Shown here: piece by piece, positions 13,201 through 24,384 of the stretch | How the letters are laid out: every line of letters begins with the position of its first letter | Numbering within the stretch: position 1 is the stretch's first letter | From: Lepidodermella squamata | Taxonomy: Eukaryota; Animalia; Gastrotricha | Reading direction: 5' to 3' | Length of the DNA: 64,000 bases | Assembly (NCBI GenBank): GCA_047495785.1 | Contig: JBLDXI010000085.1 | Coordinates: 186,001 to 250,000, forward strand | Made by a program: the position numbers and the translations under genes | The notes under the pieces: generated by a model | Databases searched by the model: none | What the model was told of the DNA's origin: nothing | The model's input: only the letters and a program-made list of their open reading frames with translations

Positions 13201-16200
13201 GCAGTTAAATTACACCTAGAATTAAATAATCGTAATTTGAAAATTTACTCGCTTTGGTTTTTATCTCATATTATACCGCGTGGCCTATTGGCAAAAAACT
13301 GTGATAGGTGTTGGCATGCGGTTTTCACCTCTCGAAAGCCCGTCATATTCTGTACCTGACATGGTTATTTTATTAAACCGGGACTATTCCTAATCGTCGT
13401 GAAATGATTCTCAAAAACGTCGAAATTTCGAAATTTTAAGGTGGATCGGCCGCGCCTCCTATAGACAAAAAACTATGAGGGCTACGACGATGATCTTAGG
13501 CTTGTTCGACTCGTCTTGAAATTTTACGTCGACAAGTGTTATTTTGATATGCGCACAGAACTGCTGCATGTGTCCAAAATTTGACAGAAACCGACTCTGA
13601 GTGAGTGTGTGAGCGCCGCCGCGCGCTAAAAATAGGCTGAAAAACGCGATTTACCGCGCCTCCTATAGCTCCAAAACCATAAGGGCTACGATAGCGCGGT
13701 TGGTCTCTAAAAATTCAGCGCAAAATTTGCTACATTCTACGTGCATTCAAATATGAGCGCTACCAGGTTGAGCTGTCAAAAAAATTGACGAAAGTCGAAA
13801 AAATTGAAATTTTAATTTTCACTAAAAATCAATCGCGCGCCAAACGCTATATTCAGATGAAATCTTGCGAATCTCGCGGCGGTTTTGGTACCAAAAAATC
13901 GGCCGTCTTTTTTAGTATCTAAAAATCCGACTTTGTCACGACAAATTCCGCACCTATCTGGGTGTCATCCGCGCACTGAACATTTCACACACCGTCAGTG
14001 AGGGCCATTTTTTCATGTACGCGCAACTTGTAAATTCGATATAAAATCAACCGTTTATCGCCTAGCACCAAAATTTAGACTGTTCGATGCAGAATTTTTC
14101 GTAGAATGTCACTGATGCAGCCCTCCCCCCAGGGAGGGCCGCCAAACTGGTTTTATATTGACATTTCGAAAAGGCGCATCGCAACGACCCGGCTCTCGCG
14201 TGTGAGGTAATTAACCTCGGTCATGAGGGTGCCGGTAACCGTGACCCAGACGGCGGCGTAAGCAGCTCATGAATATTAATGAGCAGTGGAGCAGTTTTTT
14301 ATGAATAAAAAATCGTCAAAAATCAGCCGATCGATGAAACTTGCTAAAAAGACTTTTCCCAAAACTTCAAAACAAAATCTTTCTACGACTTATTTTTCCG
14401 TATTTTTATCGTTAAAATTCGTTTCCCTAGCTTCGTTTTTCGTCCAGCGCAAAACGCCTCTACCATTGTCGCCTCGACCGGCGAAGCTGAGAGAGAGGCG
14501 CTGGACCTCCGGTTCAGGCTGCGGCTCCGCCGCTAGGGGAACCCTATCGGGTTGGTTCGCGCAATCATCTAGAAAAACGGGGCACCAGCTGCCGGTTGCC
14601 GCAAAAATTTTCAAAATCGGATTATTTTTGGTGAAGTTATTGATGAAATAGGATCGGCATTTATTTATTTCCCCCACCCTCCAAACCGGAGTTAAATATC
14701 TTGTTTTTTAAGAAAGATAACTGATGCCTCCCTCCCCCGGGGGAGGGAGGCAGCCGGTAATTCATAAAAAGTTTTTAACGGCATATAAAAAGTTTCGAGC
14801 GCCACTACCAGTTGCGCTATTAGCGCTGCCACGGAGCGCGTGAGTTAACAATAGAGCGCCGGTGATTACGCAAGAGGTTTCGTGTGCGCGCGCGAGAGCG
14901 CGCGGCAGTGGCGACCGGCTCCGGTGACCTAGCGCCGTTAGGTCAAGGTAGTTACGCAATTGCGTAATAAATAATGCGATTTTTTCGTTTTTAATTTTTA
15001 AAAAATCAGCAATTGATGCGGCAAAAATGGAAAGTTTCTACCCGCCACTTGAAAGCCTGCCCGATTTTTCGGTATTTTTAGATTTTCTACATGTATCACA
15101 GGAATTTCCCTAGCAAGGTATTCCAAAGCGGCCATAACCCCTTCTGCATCAGCAGTCGCTGATGCGCCGTACTCTGTCGCTTATTGGGGACTTCGTCCCT
15201 GTGGGACCTTTGGTGCGCAACCATCAAGTAGGACTAACCATTTTGGAATTTCTTGAATATAAAAAAAAAACATTTAAAAAATAAAGAGTCGGACTTTTTC
15301 AAGCTATCAGTCTTGCGAGAGAGGCGTAAGTCATTGCTTTGAATGCTACTACATATGAGTAACAGCTGTGCTAACTACATAGGCTGTGAGTTACTGCTAC
15401 TCGCTCGAAACTGCCGATTTCACTTGCCGTCTTGGTGACTGCAAAAGCGGCGAACAAAGGGTAGAGTTTCATTGCTAAATACTTCTTAAATAATTCGATT
15501 GATTTTAGATCAAAATCTTCTCCAGCTCGCGATTTTTCGCAGCTCAGAATTTAATGGAATGCCGTAATCTGGCTTCACCGGTACCAAATGGTTTCTTATA
15601 TAATTTTATAACCCAAGAATTTTTCCAGATGAAACACTACCGCTGCTTCAACTCGAATATCACGAAAATGACTTGCCGACTAACAAAGACCTGCATGCCA
15701 GGAGAGGTTGGTTTGAATAGTCTTAGTCTATATTTGATTTCTTTGGAATAGAAACGACGCGGTTGGTTTATGGATCGAGCTAGTTGCCTAAACAGTGAGC
15801 AAAAGATTGCTTCCCAAGCATAGAAATAGCAAAATTCAATTTCAGATACATTCGCCGACCAGCCTGTTGTTCGCTGCTACAAGAAAACGAATGGAAAATT
15901 CGAAACATGCCGAGCTGTATGCCAAGAAGATGAGTCCCAGGTAAAAATAATTTCTACAACTTTTCGAAATTACCAACATTTTTTATGATTTCAGAATGGC
16001 CCGGCGTATTTTTTCAAAAATCTGGCTGTTTGTCTTAAAGGGGTACGAATAATTTGCTGCATACGTTTCCATTAACCGTTTCGAAATGTTGAAATATCAG
16101 GGTGCCAGGCTGTGTGAGCGTAACCGCCACCAAAAGTACTGCGCTGGTTCGAATAGATCTTGCAAGAAACAGGTAAGCGTTATGATTCAACCATGTTCTT

Positions 16201-16300
16201 TGCAAGCTTAGCCGTGTTTTCACTCTTATAGATCAAGATTTTCGGATCATCGGAGCTATATTCCGACAATCTTGCAGCTTGCAAAGCAGCCAACCCATGA
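7268..16300 (+). CDS. Astacin metalloprotease A3 (23 exons): signal, pro, astacin, EGF, CUB, kringle, EGF, five 4-Cys repeats
   Basis: Signal MKQLIVATLLFSFITNSQG; zinc motif HEIGHALGM|EHEHSRADRD starting at 8421 and split by an intron; Met-turn YDSVMHY; NAS-type EGF [26 protein letters not shown]; CUB; kringle. Frame is open through all exons. Intron 14 (10684-15286) holds a 4.5-kb insertion, and its acceptor (AATAAAG) is weak. Confidence 0.85.
10687..15226. mobile_element. Unclassified 4.5-kb non-coding insertion in intron 14 of A3, with internal long imperfect tandem repeats and terminal hairpins (possibly Helitron/Helentron-like)
   Basis: Paralogous introns are about 50-60 nt. AGTA flanks both sides (10683-10686 and 15227-15230), and a normal 59-nt intron remains at 15228-15286. 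Three related units begin near 11190, 12295 and 13085. Hairpins lie at 15146-15165 (GCATCAGC-agtc-GCTGATGC) and about 15187-15223. No TIR or transposase ORF seen. Confidence 0.6.
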
Positions 16301-16896
16301 AATTAATTGGCGAATTTACAAAAAAGCAAATACAATCAAATGAACCTATTCCTGATATATGGCTGATAATTGCTAATTACTCACTTTAATGTTTTCTTAA
16401 GCTGCCAGTTTTTTGGTTAGCTTACGAATCTCTTCATGTCGCAGAAATACTGTTATATTTTCTTTGTCATGTACTAAATAATAAATAAAATATAAGGGAT
16501 TCAGATCGGTTAGGACTCGGTTAGTATCAGAACGCTCTTAAAGCTGATGAGTCGCTTCAAATCTCTGAAATTAATGTTTCATGAAATTCTAAATTGTGAT
16601 ACGTGAATCTACCGTACATTTCACGCAAAGTGAGATCAGCCATTTTTGCTTCCAAGTAGAAAAGGTTTGAAGTATAATGCCGGTAAATTTCAAGAGATTT
16701 TCTGGCCGGGAAAAAGCTAAAAAATGAAAAATCAGGGCAATTCAGATGGGCCTATTACTATTAGGTGATCAGCAATTGACCTGAGGTAAAATCTGCAAAT
16801 CAAGAAGTTAGAAGATTGACGGGCATTTTTATAGTTATTAACATAGTTATGGAAAAGTTTAACTAAAAAAACAAGACGACTCGCAGCACGACTTGA

Positions 16897-19800
16897 GGGT
16901 GTGTTGGTACTTCCGCGCGGCTAAATCCGCACGGTAAACATCCGCACAAAAATTTTCCACACAAGGTATTTGCACACATGGTGTTTCCGCGCACTCTGTT
17001 TATTTATTAGATTACGGTTAACATGCACGAAAAAAATCAGTCAAAATCAGTCAAAATTAAATCAATCGTCGAGCTCAATCGGCAAATAGAAATTGACCTC
17101 GTCATTATCACCGGCATCAGTCTCGTGGTGGCCGTTGTAGAACTCAGCAACTTTCACCTCCTGAGGAAAGACTAAGGCTATGTCGGTCATGTTGGCGGCG
17201 CACGCGTCCAGGAAGTCCATGAATCCGATCTTGCCCGCATCGAGATCCTCCCAGAGCCGTTGCATTGAGGCGTTGAGTCGCTGGAATTTTTTGCTTGACC
17301 TGGTTTTGTACGTTCTCGCATCGACTCGAGCCCAGTCGCGACGGGTGATGGCTTCTTCCCGGATTAGCAAAGCTGAAAATCGCCAAATATTGAGGTGGAC
17401 TTTCTTCGCAATTTTGCTGATACGGGAGTTCCACCCTAGAGTGACAAAGTGGAAATAAATAAGCATTAATTATACACAAAATACTCACCTTCTACAATGT
17501 TATTCGTTCTGATGTCCCGGCGATGCACATTCCAAATAGCAAGATCAAGCGTATTAAGCCAAAAGTTTTCGAAATAAGTAAGGAATTCGACTAGCTTAAC
17601 ATTATCCGGCGTAGCCTTAACTTCAGAGAAAATGGCAGCAAATGCCGGGCGAACCATGTCGACAGGTAGCAGAGGTAAACACATAACACGTCTCACCGTC
17701 TTACGCACAAAGCCGCTCGGGTTTAGATAGGCAATTTTCAACCCATGAGCGCAAACCCATTTGAATAGGGCCTGTTTAAAGTGAAATAGACAACCAATGA
17801 TTGCAACATGATGGAAAACAATCCTAATAGCCCGCAATAGTCCACTTTCGAAATCACAGGTTATTTCACGCAAGCGAGGAGGATGGCCAAGAATAGAGGT
17901 AATTTCCCTCTTCAAATATAGCAAGACGTTTTCATAAAGGCGCGAATACTTATTAGACATGAGAACATAAGCACAGGGTAAAATAGCGCCATTTATCAAG
18001 GCATGAATAGTAAACAATTGATAAAATAAATCATTTGGCACAATTGAGAAGGTCCCATCAACGAACCAGCTCGAGCTCGACCCGTCGTCGCATTTCAGCC
18101 CGCGTGACTTCAGCAGCAACAACCTCATAGTTCGGCAGATCTGTGTGGTAATTCTTGACGCCAGCAAAGTTGCCATCGCAATCGAGAAGGAGGAGGGCCG
18201 AGCAGTGCGCTTGGGACTAATACTGTATGGACTCGACACTAGCCACTTTTCTGCTGGACAGGAAAAAAATCAATAATTTTGATGCGAGAAAATCACATGA
18301 AAAAATGTGTTTTTTTACGCATTAAAGGCACCATTTTTACGCATCCGCCAGTTACAAAGCCAAAAACAGGACAAGTTTCACGAGAGTACCGTATGGGCAA
18401 GTCATGCCGATGGATACAGACTGAATTTTTATGAATATCGATAGCTCAAGTCACGATCTTTGCAACAGTGCCAAATTCAAAATTTTATGACTTTGCTGTG
18501 ATTTTACTTTGAATTTTACACACAAATTGCCATTTTTGAGGAAATAAAAAAATGGCAAAAAATTATTCAATGAGTCATGAATATTCTCTCGCATTTTTTT
18601 CTGAATAAATAAATAAATAATTCGGTTCTATTTTTAAAAATTTTTGCTCATTCTGGTAGAAACATCAATTTAGCTAAGTAAATTCATCAGCCAGTAGGTC
18701 ATGGTTTATAACGTTACAAAGGTCCTCTCATGTAGAATTCGGCTATGTAAAATTAATTGCAATCCGAAATAAAGGTAAGGTGTGATACGGTACCGACGGG
18801 ACGAGACTTCGATTCTTCCCAATGTGATGGGTGCATGCGTAAAAAAGGTTCTCATAAAACGTCATTTTGCGATTTTTTTCTCGCGATTTTTGAACGACTT
18901 TACGATCACGATTCTTCGGACGGTTTTTTGCGTCCAGCAGGATTTTAATGGAGAGATACTAGCAGTGTCGAGTCCATACAGTATTAGTCCCAAGGCAGTG
19001 CGAGCATCGCCACGCGTTACGGCCGAGTACGAAACGGTAGACATAACCACGGCATCCAATAGAAGGCGTGCCCTTCGTATTCGCGAAGCGGTAGACGTTT
19101 CGATCGAAAGGCAACTCTTTCCTTTTCTGCTGAAAATGCATAAGAAAGGATATATAAAATTCCCAAAAAAATAATTGAAATTTAAATTTAAAATTCAGAT
19201 TGGATTTAATGATTAAAATTATCAATTTTCAATTTCTAAAATCAAGGTAAAAATTCTGAAAAATCTTATTACATCTAAATTCTGGTCGGCTGCTGTAGCG
19301 TTTGCTTTCTGCTCGGTAACTTGGGGTAAGTTTTCGTAGGGAGTAGCTGGCAACTTCTCGGATCGCAACGTTTGTGGACGAGGAGGTAAAGGCGGCGGTC
19401 TCGCGGGTAACAGTGGCGGGCTTTGATCTTCTAACTGAGGCGGGGGTGTTTCCGGCTCACGAGGCGGCGGCGTGGGCGGTAACGAAACAGTCGTCATGTC
19501 TCGCAAAACCGGTTGAACGGGATCAGTCATTTTTGGACCTAGATAATGAGAACAAGAATTTGGGAAAAAACCCATTTTCACGTTTTTACACACCATTTTC
19601 CGCGGTCTTCCTCGGCCGCGCTCGATTGGAGGTGATAGCTCAGGTTGAAAAATCAGGCAATATCTCAGTTGTAGCTGCCGTTATTGGTTCGGCTATCGCT
19701 ATTACTACAAAAAGTTCAGTAAATAAAAAATCACATGTTTTATTTGTCTATTTTTCTCGCTAGAATGTACGATTTTACTACTTATCAGATTCAAAAAAGA

Positions 19801-20652
19801 ATAGACAATACAGTTTCATTTACCAATTTTTTTCGGTCGACCTCGGCCTCTCTTCATTTGGCTACCTGCCCCATCGATGACTGGTTGAATTTCAGCCACT
19901 GGCTCGATAACGGCTTGATCAACTCCGCCTTCTCGGTAGCGGGCGCGAGTAAGCCGGACCGGTTCCATCGTAGGCTGTATTGACACAGGATTAGCCATCG
20001 GCGAAGGAGGCTTAGGCGCACCTTTGATCAAAATCTTGAACTAACATACAAAAACATTTTTAAATCATCTATAAATTAGTTCAAACGTTACTTTGGTTGG
20101 ATTTTTCGGAGGATTTTTCGGCGTTCCAGGTATTAACACCGGTTCAGCGAGTTTCGGGCACTAAATCTCCTCGACCTCTCGCACCCGCTCTTCAAAGCAG
20201 GATTGGCACCGTTTCATGTCCACACAATCCCCTCTGGGATTTTTGCAATTAATGCAATTCTCGACGTTGAAGCGACCCATGCATTTGTCGAGCTCCGCCG
20301 CCAGCTCGTTAACTCGGTCCAAGTTGTCCGACTTTTTACCGGTTTTTTTCATGGTGAAAGTACGACAATAATTATTATTTATGACAAAAGTTGCTAAATA
20401 ATGCTCTGATATTATGAACTGCTTTATTTCTCTTTTTATATGCTTTTTCTGCTCTCTGATCGGCTCATCCAAAGTTTTTTTTTCAATCTGTCTTTCTTTC
20501 TTGAAGTTCCCTCATTTCCTAAAAATTCAGTGAAACTTGAATCCGAGTGAGAACAGTTGTCGGATAATTAAAGTCACATTTTAGGATGTCGGATGAAATA
20601 AGACATTTGTCTGATAAAAGAAGACATATGTCTGATGAAAAAAGTCACACCC
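16897..20652 (-). mobile_element. Decayed Mutator/MULE DNA transposon with a multi-exon AT-hook + FLYWCH-like + MULE transposase gene
   Basis: MULE DDE motifs WFVDGTF..FYQLFTIH..PCAYVLM..ITCDFE..GCLFHFKQA..RTNNIVE|GWNSR (17062-18075, one intron). FLYWCH-like KG..GYVY..WRCSHC..H. Two RGRGRP[KR]K AT-hooks near 19610 and 19835. Contains a stop, a frameshift, an internal deletion and a MITE insertion. The ends are tentative: GGGTGTG at 16897 and CACACCC at 20646-20652, each with subterminal short repeats, no TSD. Confidence 0.8.
18210..18994. mobile_element. MITE / non-autonomous DNA transposon with 31-bp perfect TIR and 8-bp TSD, inserted in the MULE gene
   Basis: TIR CTTGGGACTAATACTGTATGGACTCGACACT at 18210, inverse ending at 18994. 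TSD GCAGTGCG at 18202-18209 and 18995-19002. Confidence 0.92.
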
Positions 20653-21031
20653 ATATAAATATATGTGGCGAGAAGGCTTGATAGGATTTTTCGTCATTGC
20701 AGCAAGCTCACGATCTGTCGAAATCAATAGAGCGATCTAATTCCGATTACAATTATTGGCGATCGGGTCGCGATTTTAAAAGTTCAGGTATAAAGTATGG
20801 TGTATTCGGAAAGGAAAAAAGAAACATCAATATGATGAACTCAAAGAAAAAATTTCGTTGATTTATTAGAATCTGTCTATGATGCAATAGCGGCCTGTTC
20901 AGTTTGTTTATTCTTGATTAATTATGTTTGTTGATTTTCGACGATGGGCAGAGCCGAAAGTCTTAGCACGGCTGAAAAACACGCATTTATCAGTTGGCTA
21001 TGAAGGATGAGGTTGAAGTCTTACTAGTCTG

Positions 21032-21314
21032 CTATTCTGTGTGCTGATTGTCATGCGACATCGCCACTTCGTGCGTCTCTTCCATCGCTTTCCTGTCCGG
21101 GAAACAATAGTATATCGAGCCGGTCTGCCTGCATGTGCTATTGATTACAATGATGGCTTGATTTTAGGGAATGTTCAAAATTAGAAACTCACTATCCAGC
21201 GCAGCAAGGCAGACTTATGCCACACTCCCCAATCGCGCACCTCGACTTACTCGGCATCGCAGTAACTGCTGCGAAAACAGCGAAAATGGCAATAATACAG
21301 AAGGCAGCTTTCAT
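21032..21314 (-). CDS. Secreted inhibitor-cystine-knot (knottin)-like peptide precursor, 75 aa, 2 exons (21314-21193, 21137-21032)
   Basis: MKAAFCIIAIFAVFAAVTA-MPSKSR-CAIGECGISLPCCAGYTCRQTGSIYYCFPD-RK-AMEETHEVAMSHDNQHTE. The 55-nt phase-2 intron has a GTGAGT donor and TAG acceptor. C-C-CC-C-C framework. AATAAA lies about 120 nt downstream (20907-20912 on the minus strand). Confidence 0.85.
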
Positions 21315-22363
21315 TTCGAGAGAATTTGCTATTGGTTTAAAACGTGATGGCTTTAAATGTCTTTTCCTGGCGTTATGTAGGCTTTAATAGGCCTTATCAC
21401 TTTCTCACGCGCACCAATTTTAAGGGCTATCTGTCCTAAATAGGTCATAAGCCCCCCCAAAAATGATTAATTTCAGACATTTGTTGCCTTTATCTTTGAT
21501 AAAAATGTATTTTTGGGCGTCACCCTGGTAAGTCAAAAAAGACGAAAGACGAAAGAAGCAGCTTTCATTGTTAGGTGAGATAAGTTATCAATAACTAAAG
21601 AAAGGGTACCGTAAAAGGGTACGTTTAAAAGTAATCGCTTTGTTCATTCCTCGAGAGTGCGTTTTATTAAATACCTTATCTTACCAGGTCAAATGGCAAT
21701 TTTTTGTTACCCATGATCATAAAATCACCAGAAACTAAGCTTTCAGTGCAGCGTTCAGTGTGCGAAGTACCGAGAGCGGGGAGTACGGGTGGTACCTTAT
21801 ACCCTGGTCCTGCATCCTGGGATGAAAACCTGTAAAAAACCACAGGGGACCCACTGGTCAGATAAATTCGGGGGTGAAAATACGAAAATACCCACATAGT
21901 GACGCCGAAATTGCGTCGCAAGATAAAAATCTAACAATAGAGCAGCCTGCAGGAATAGGTCTTACAAGCTGAATTTTTGTATTCGAGGGTGGTTTGGTAA
22001 ATGAGGACAGTAGGCGAAAAATGAGAGCCGGTTTTGCTGCAGGAATGGCAAGTTCTGATATTCAGATTTTTCTTGAGACGCAATTTCGGCGTCACAATGC
22101 TCCACATCGAGGTTCCTACTTCATCGACTGGCAGCGTCCACTCAGCGAGCCTCGTTGATCAATCAGAACAACCCTTGCCCAACCGTGTCCTATAGTACAC
22201 GCTCTACCAAGTAAGCCGAAGATCGAAGGTTCGATGCGCCCTTGTTCGACGTTTTGCGATCAGTTGTAATTGTTTTGATTTTGAACAAAATTTTCCCTGA
22301 CCAAGGGATCTTTAGATCTCGTGAGATCTTCAGCCTGACGCTCTCCCAACTGAGCTTTCTGAC

Positions 22364-22506
22364 CAGGGCGCGAAGTACGAGGGGGAATGAGGGGTATCGT
22401 GCCCCCAGTTCGGCAGGCCAAGATGGAAGACACCGAAAAGATCACAGGGTCATAAAATTTGGGACAGGACATACCCAGTAGTTCGATGATCCTACTTCGC
22501 GCACTG
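22364..22506. mobile_element. About 143-bp hAT-like MITE; related partial copies at 34354-34447, 50027-50158 and 57151-57297
   Basis: TIR CAGGGCGCGAAGTA / TACTTCGCGCACTG; degenerate 8-bp flanks TTTCTGAC / TATCTGAG. Core segments (GGGGTATCGT..CCCCAGTTCGGCAGGCCAAG, GGATCCTACTTCGCG) recur in the other copies. Confidence 0.7.
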
Positions 22507-22661
22507 TATCTGAGCTTGATGGTTTATATTCTACAAAAGGACGTTGCATTCTAAGTCATCAGCGCCATATTACTCTAGGCGAAGCTCACATAGTAATTTT
22601 GCATAGTTACTCCGATGTTTACTATGTTTACTATGTAGCTTCCTCTAGAGTACTATGTAAA

Positions 22662-23636
22662 ATAGAGCCCATGATACGGCTAGTTTCTCGGAAAAATCAC
22701 ATAATAAGCCCCGCTTCGCCTCGTCTTATTATGTGAGTTTTTCCTCGAAACTGGCCTCCTCTAGGGCTCTATCTATACACAATAACATAATAAAAATGAT
22801 AAGCATAATAAGAAACAGCTTATTTAAGGGGGATTTTTTAATTTTTACAGTGAGCACCGAAGGTGCGAAAACCTTGCCCCGCCGTGAAACGCGAGCGCAG
22901 CGAGCATCACGGGGCAAGTTTTTCGTCCGAGCGAAGCGAGGAGACGCTGATTTGATCGAGCCAAGCGAGAAAAAGCACTTAAAACTTCCAGCGAAGCGAG
23001 ATCACTTTTCTTGAAGGTTTTCAGCGTAAAGGTTGATTTTTAAGGTATTTTTAAGGTTGATTTTTAAATACGAGTGAAGTTTGTTGAATGCCAGAAATCC
23101 AGAATCGAACCAGTCATTTTTCTGCGGAATTGAATCGAAATCGAAAACTGAGGAATCGCAAATCCACGTTTTACGGCGGATCTTTTGATTGACCATTCGG
23201 ACTACACAGAAACGTTGAAGATTGCTAACCAGTAGACGAGCCATTAGTCGCATCAGTTCTTCATTAGTTCTTCATTAGTCGCATCTAACTGATTCCGGCC
23301 TTGAGACCGGTTCCAAGCAGAGGCTTCTGTGTAGTTTCTGTGTACTCCGAATGGTCAATCAAAAGATCCACCATAAAACGTGGATTTCCGATTCTTCAGT
23401 TTTCAATTTTGATTTTTAAAAGTCGCATTTCACTCCGAAAATCACCTATTATGTCACATTTTTCCATTTATATTGCAGTTTTATCGGGAACGGTTACCGC
23501 TTCGCCTTGAGTATAATGTCTGATAAGGCCCATGGTACGGCTAGTTCCTCGGAAAAATCGCATAAATCGCATAATACTTCGCCTCGCCTTATTATGCGAG
23601 TTTTTCCATCGAAACTAGCCTTCCCTATGGCCTTAT
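22662..23636. repeat. Two direct copies of a ~110-bp imperfect palindrome (22662-22772, 23523-23636) flanking GAGCGAAGCGAG-type motifs
   Basis: Stems ATAGAGCCC..GGGCTCTAT and ATAAGGCC..GGCCTTAT; both loops contain CTTCGCCTCG. Confidence 0.75.
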
Positions 23637-24384
23637 AAATACATAACCTAAATAAAAAAATCAGACAATGATGGGGTAATCCCTGTTACCATGGGGCGCC
23701 TTCGGTCGTTAGGTCGAGATTGTTCCATCATTTTTAATGAATTCGAAGTACAAACAGCGCCGAACAAAAGCCTTTGGCCATTCAAGGTTGAGGTCTGAAA
23801 TACCAGCATTTGTTCGTCAGTGTATAAACTCTGAAAATAACTCAAACTCAAACTAGAATTTGCTTTCAAGGAATTCTGATGAAGAAGCCGAACGATTTCG
23901 TTTGCGTGGACTTTGGACATGTTTTGTTTTATTATTAACCGGGTAAAAAACATATAATCAAACTCAGGCAACGTTTAACGTGTTGAATTGATCTGAAAAA
24001 CGATCGCAATCTAATTTCGATGAAAGGTCGCGATTTTATGGTGTAAAGTTAGTAATAAACCGAATAATTGACACGATCCACAATCTGAATAATCAGATCT
24101 TCAGGAATTGTATGTAAATTTTCAATCACGTCGACGAATCAGCAACAATTTTCAGTTGTTAATTCCTTAGTTAGATTTTCACGCTAATTTTTGGTAGATT
24201 AGAAAATGGATAAATTGCACTTTTTAGCCTTAAATCAGACTCATTTATCGTGCCCCTTAATTTAACTTCATTGATCGGTCTCATGAGCAGGTCACTGGCG
24301 GCACGCGTTTGGTTCCACGTTAAAAACCGAAAAAATGACCTTACACATTTATTTCATTGAATTTATTTTATTTTTTCATCATCA

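Noticed and set aside
16897-20652. Treating the MULE as an intact TIR element
   Set aside because: Only 7 bp of terminal match, no TSD, and the gene has a stop, a frameshift, a deletion and a MITE insertion.
21214-21250. Apparent 37-nt intron (GTAAGT..AAG) in knottin exon 1
   Set aside because: It is shorter than other introns here and removing it destroys the Cys framework. Read-through gives a clean ICK precursor.
21390-21595. Cluster of TGATAA/GATA sites upstream of the knottin gene, suggesting gut expression
   Set aside because: Short motifs in AT-rich DNA that I cannot distinguish from chance without statistics.
23648-23971. 107-aa minus-strand ORF
   Set aside because: No motif, splice context or paralogue supports it.
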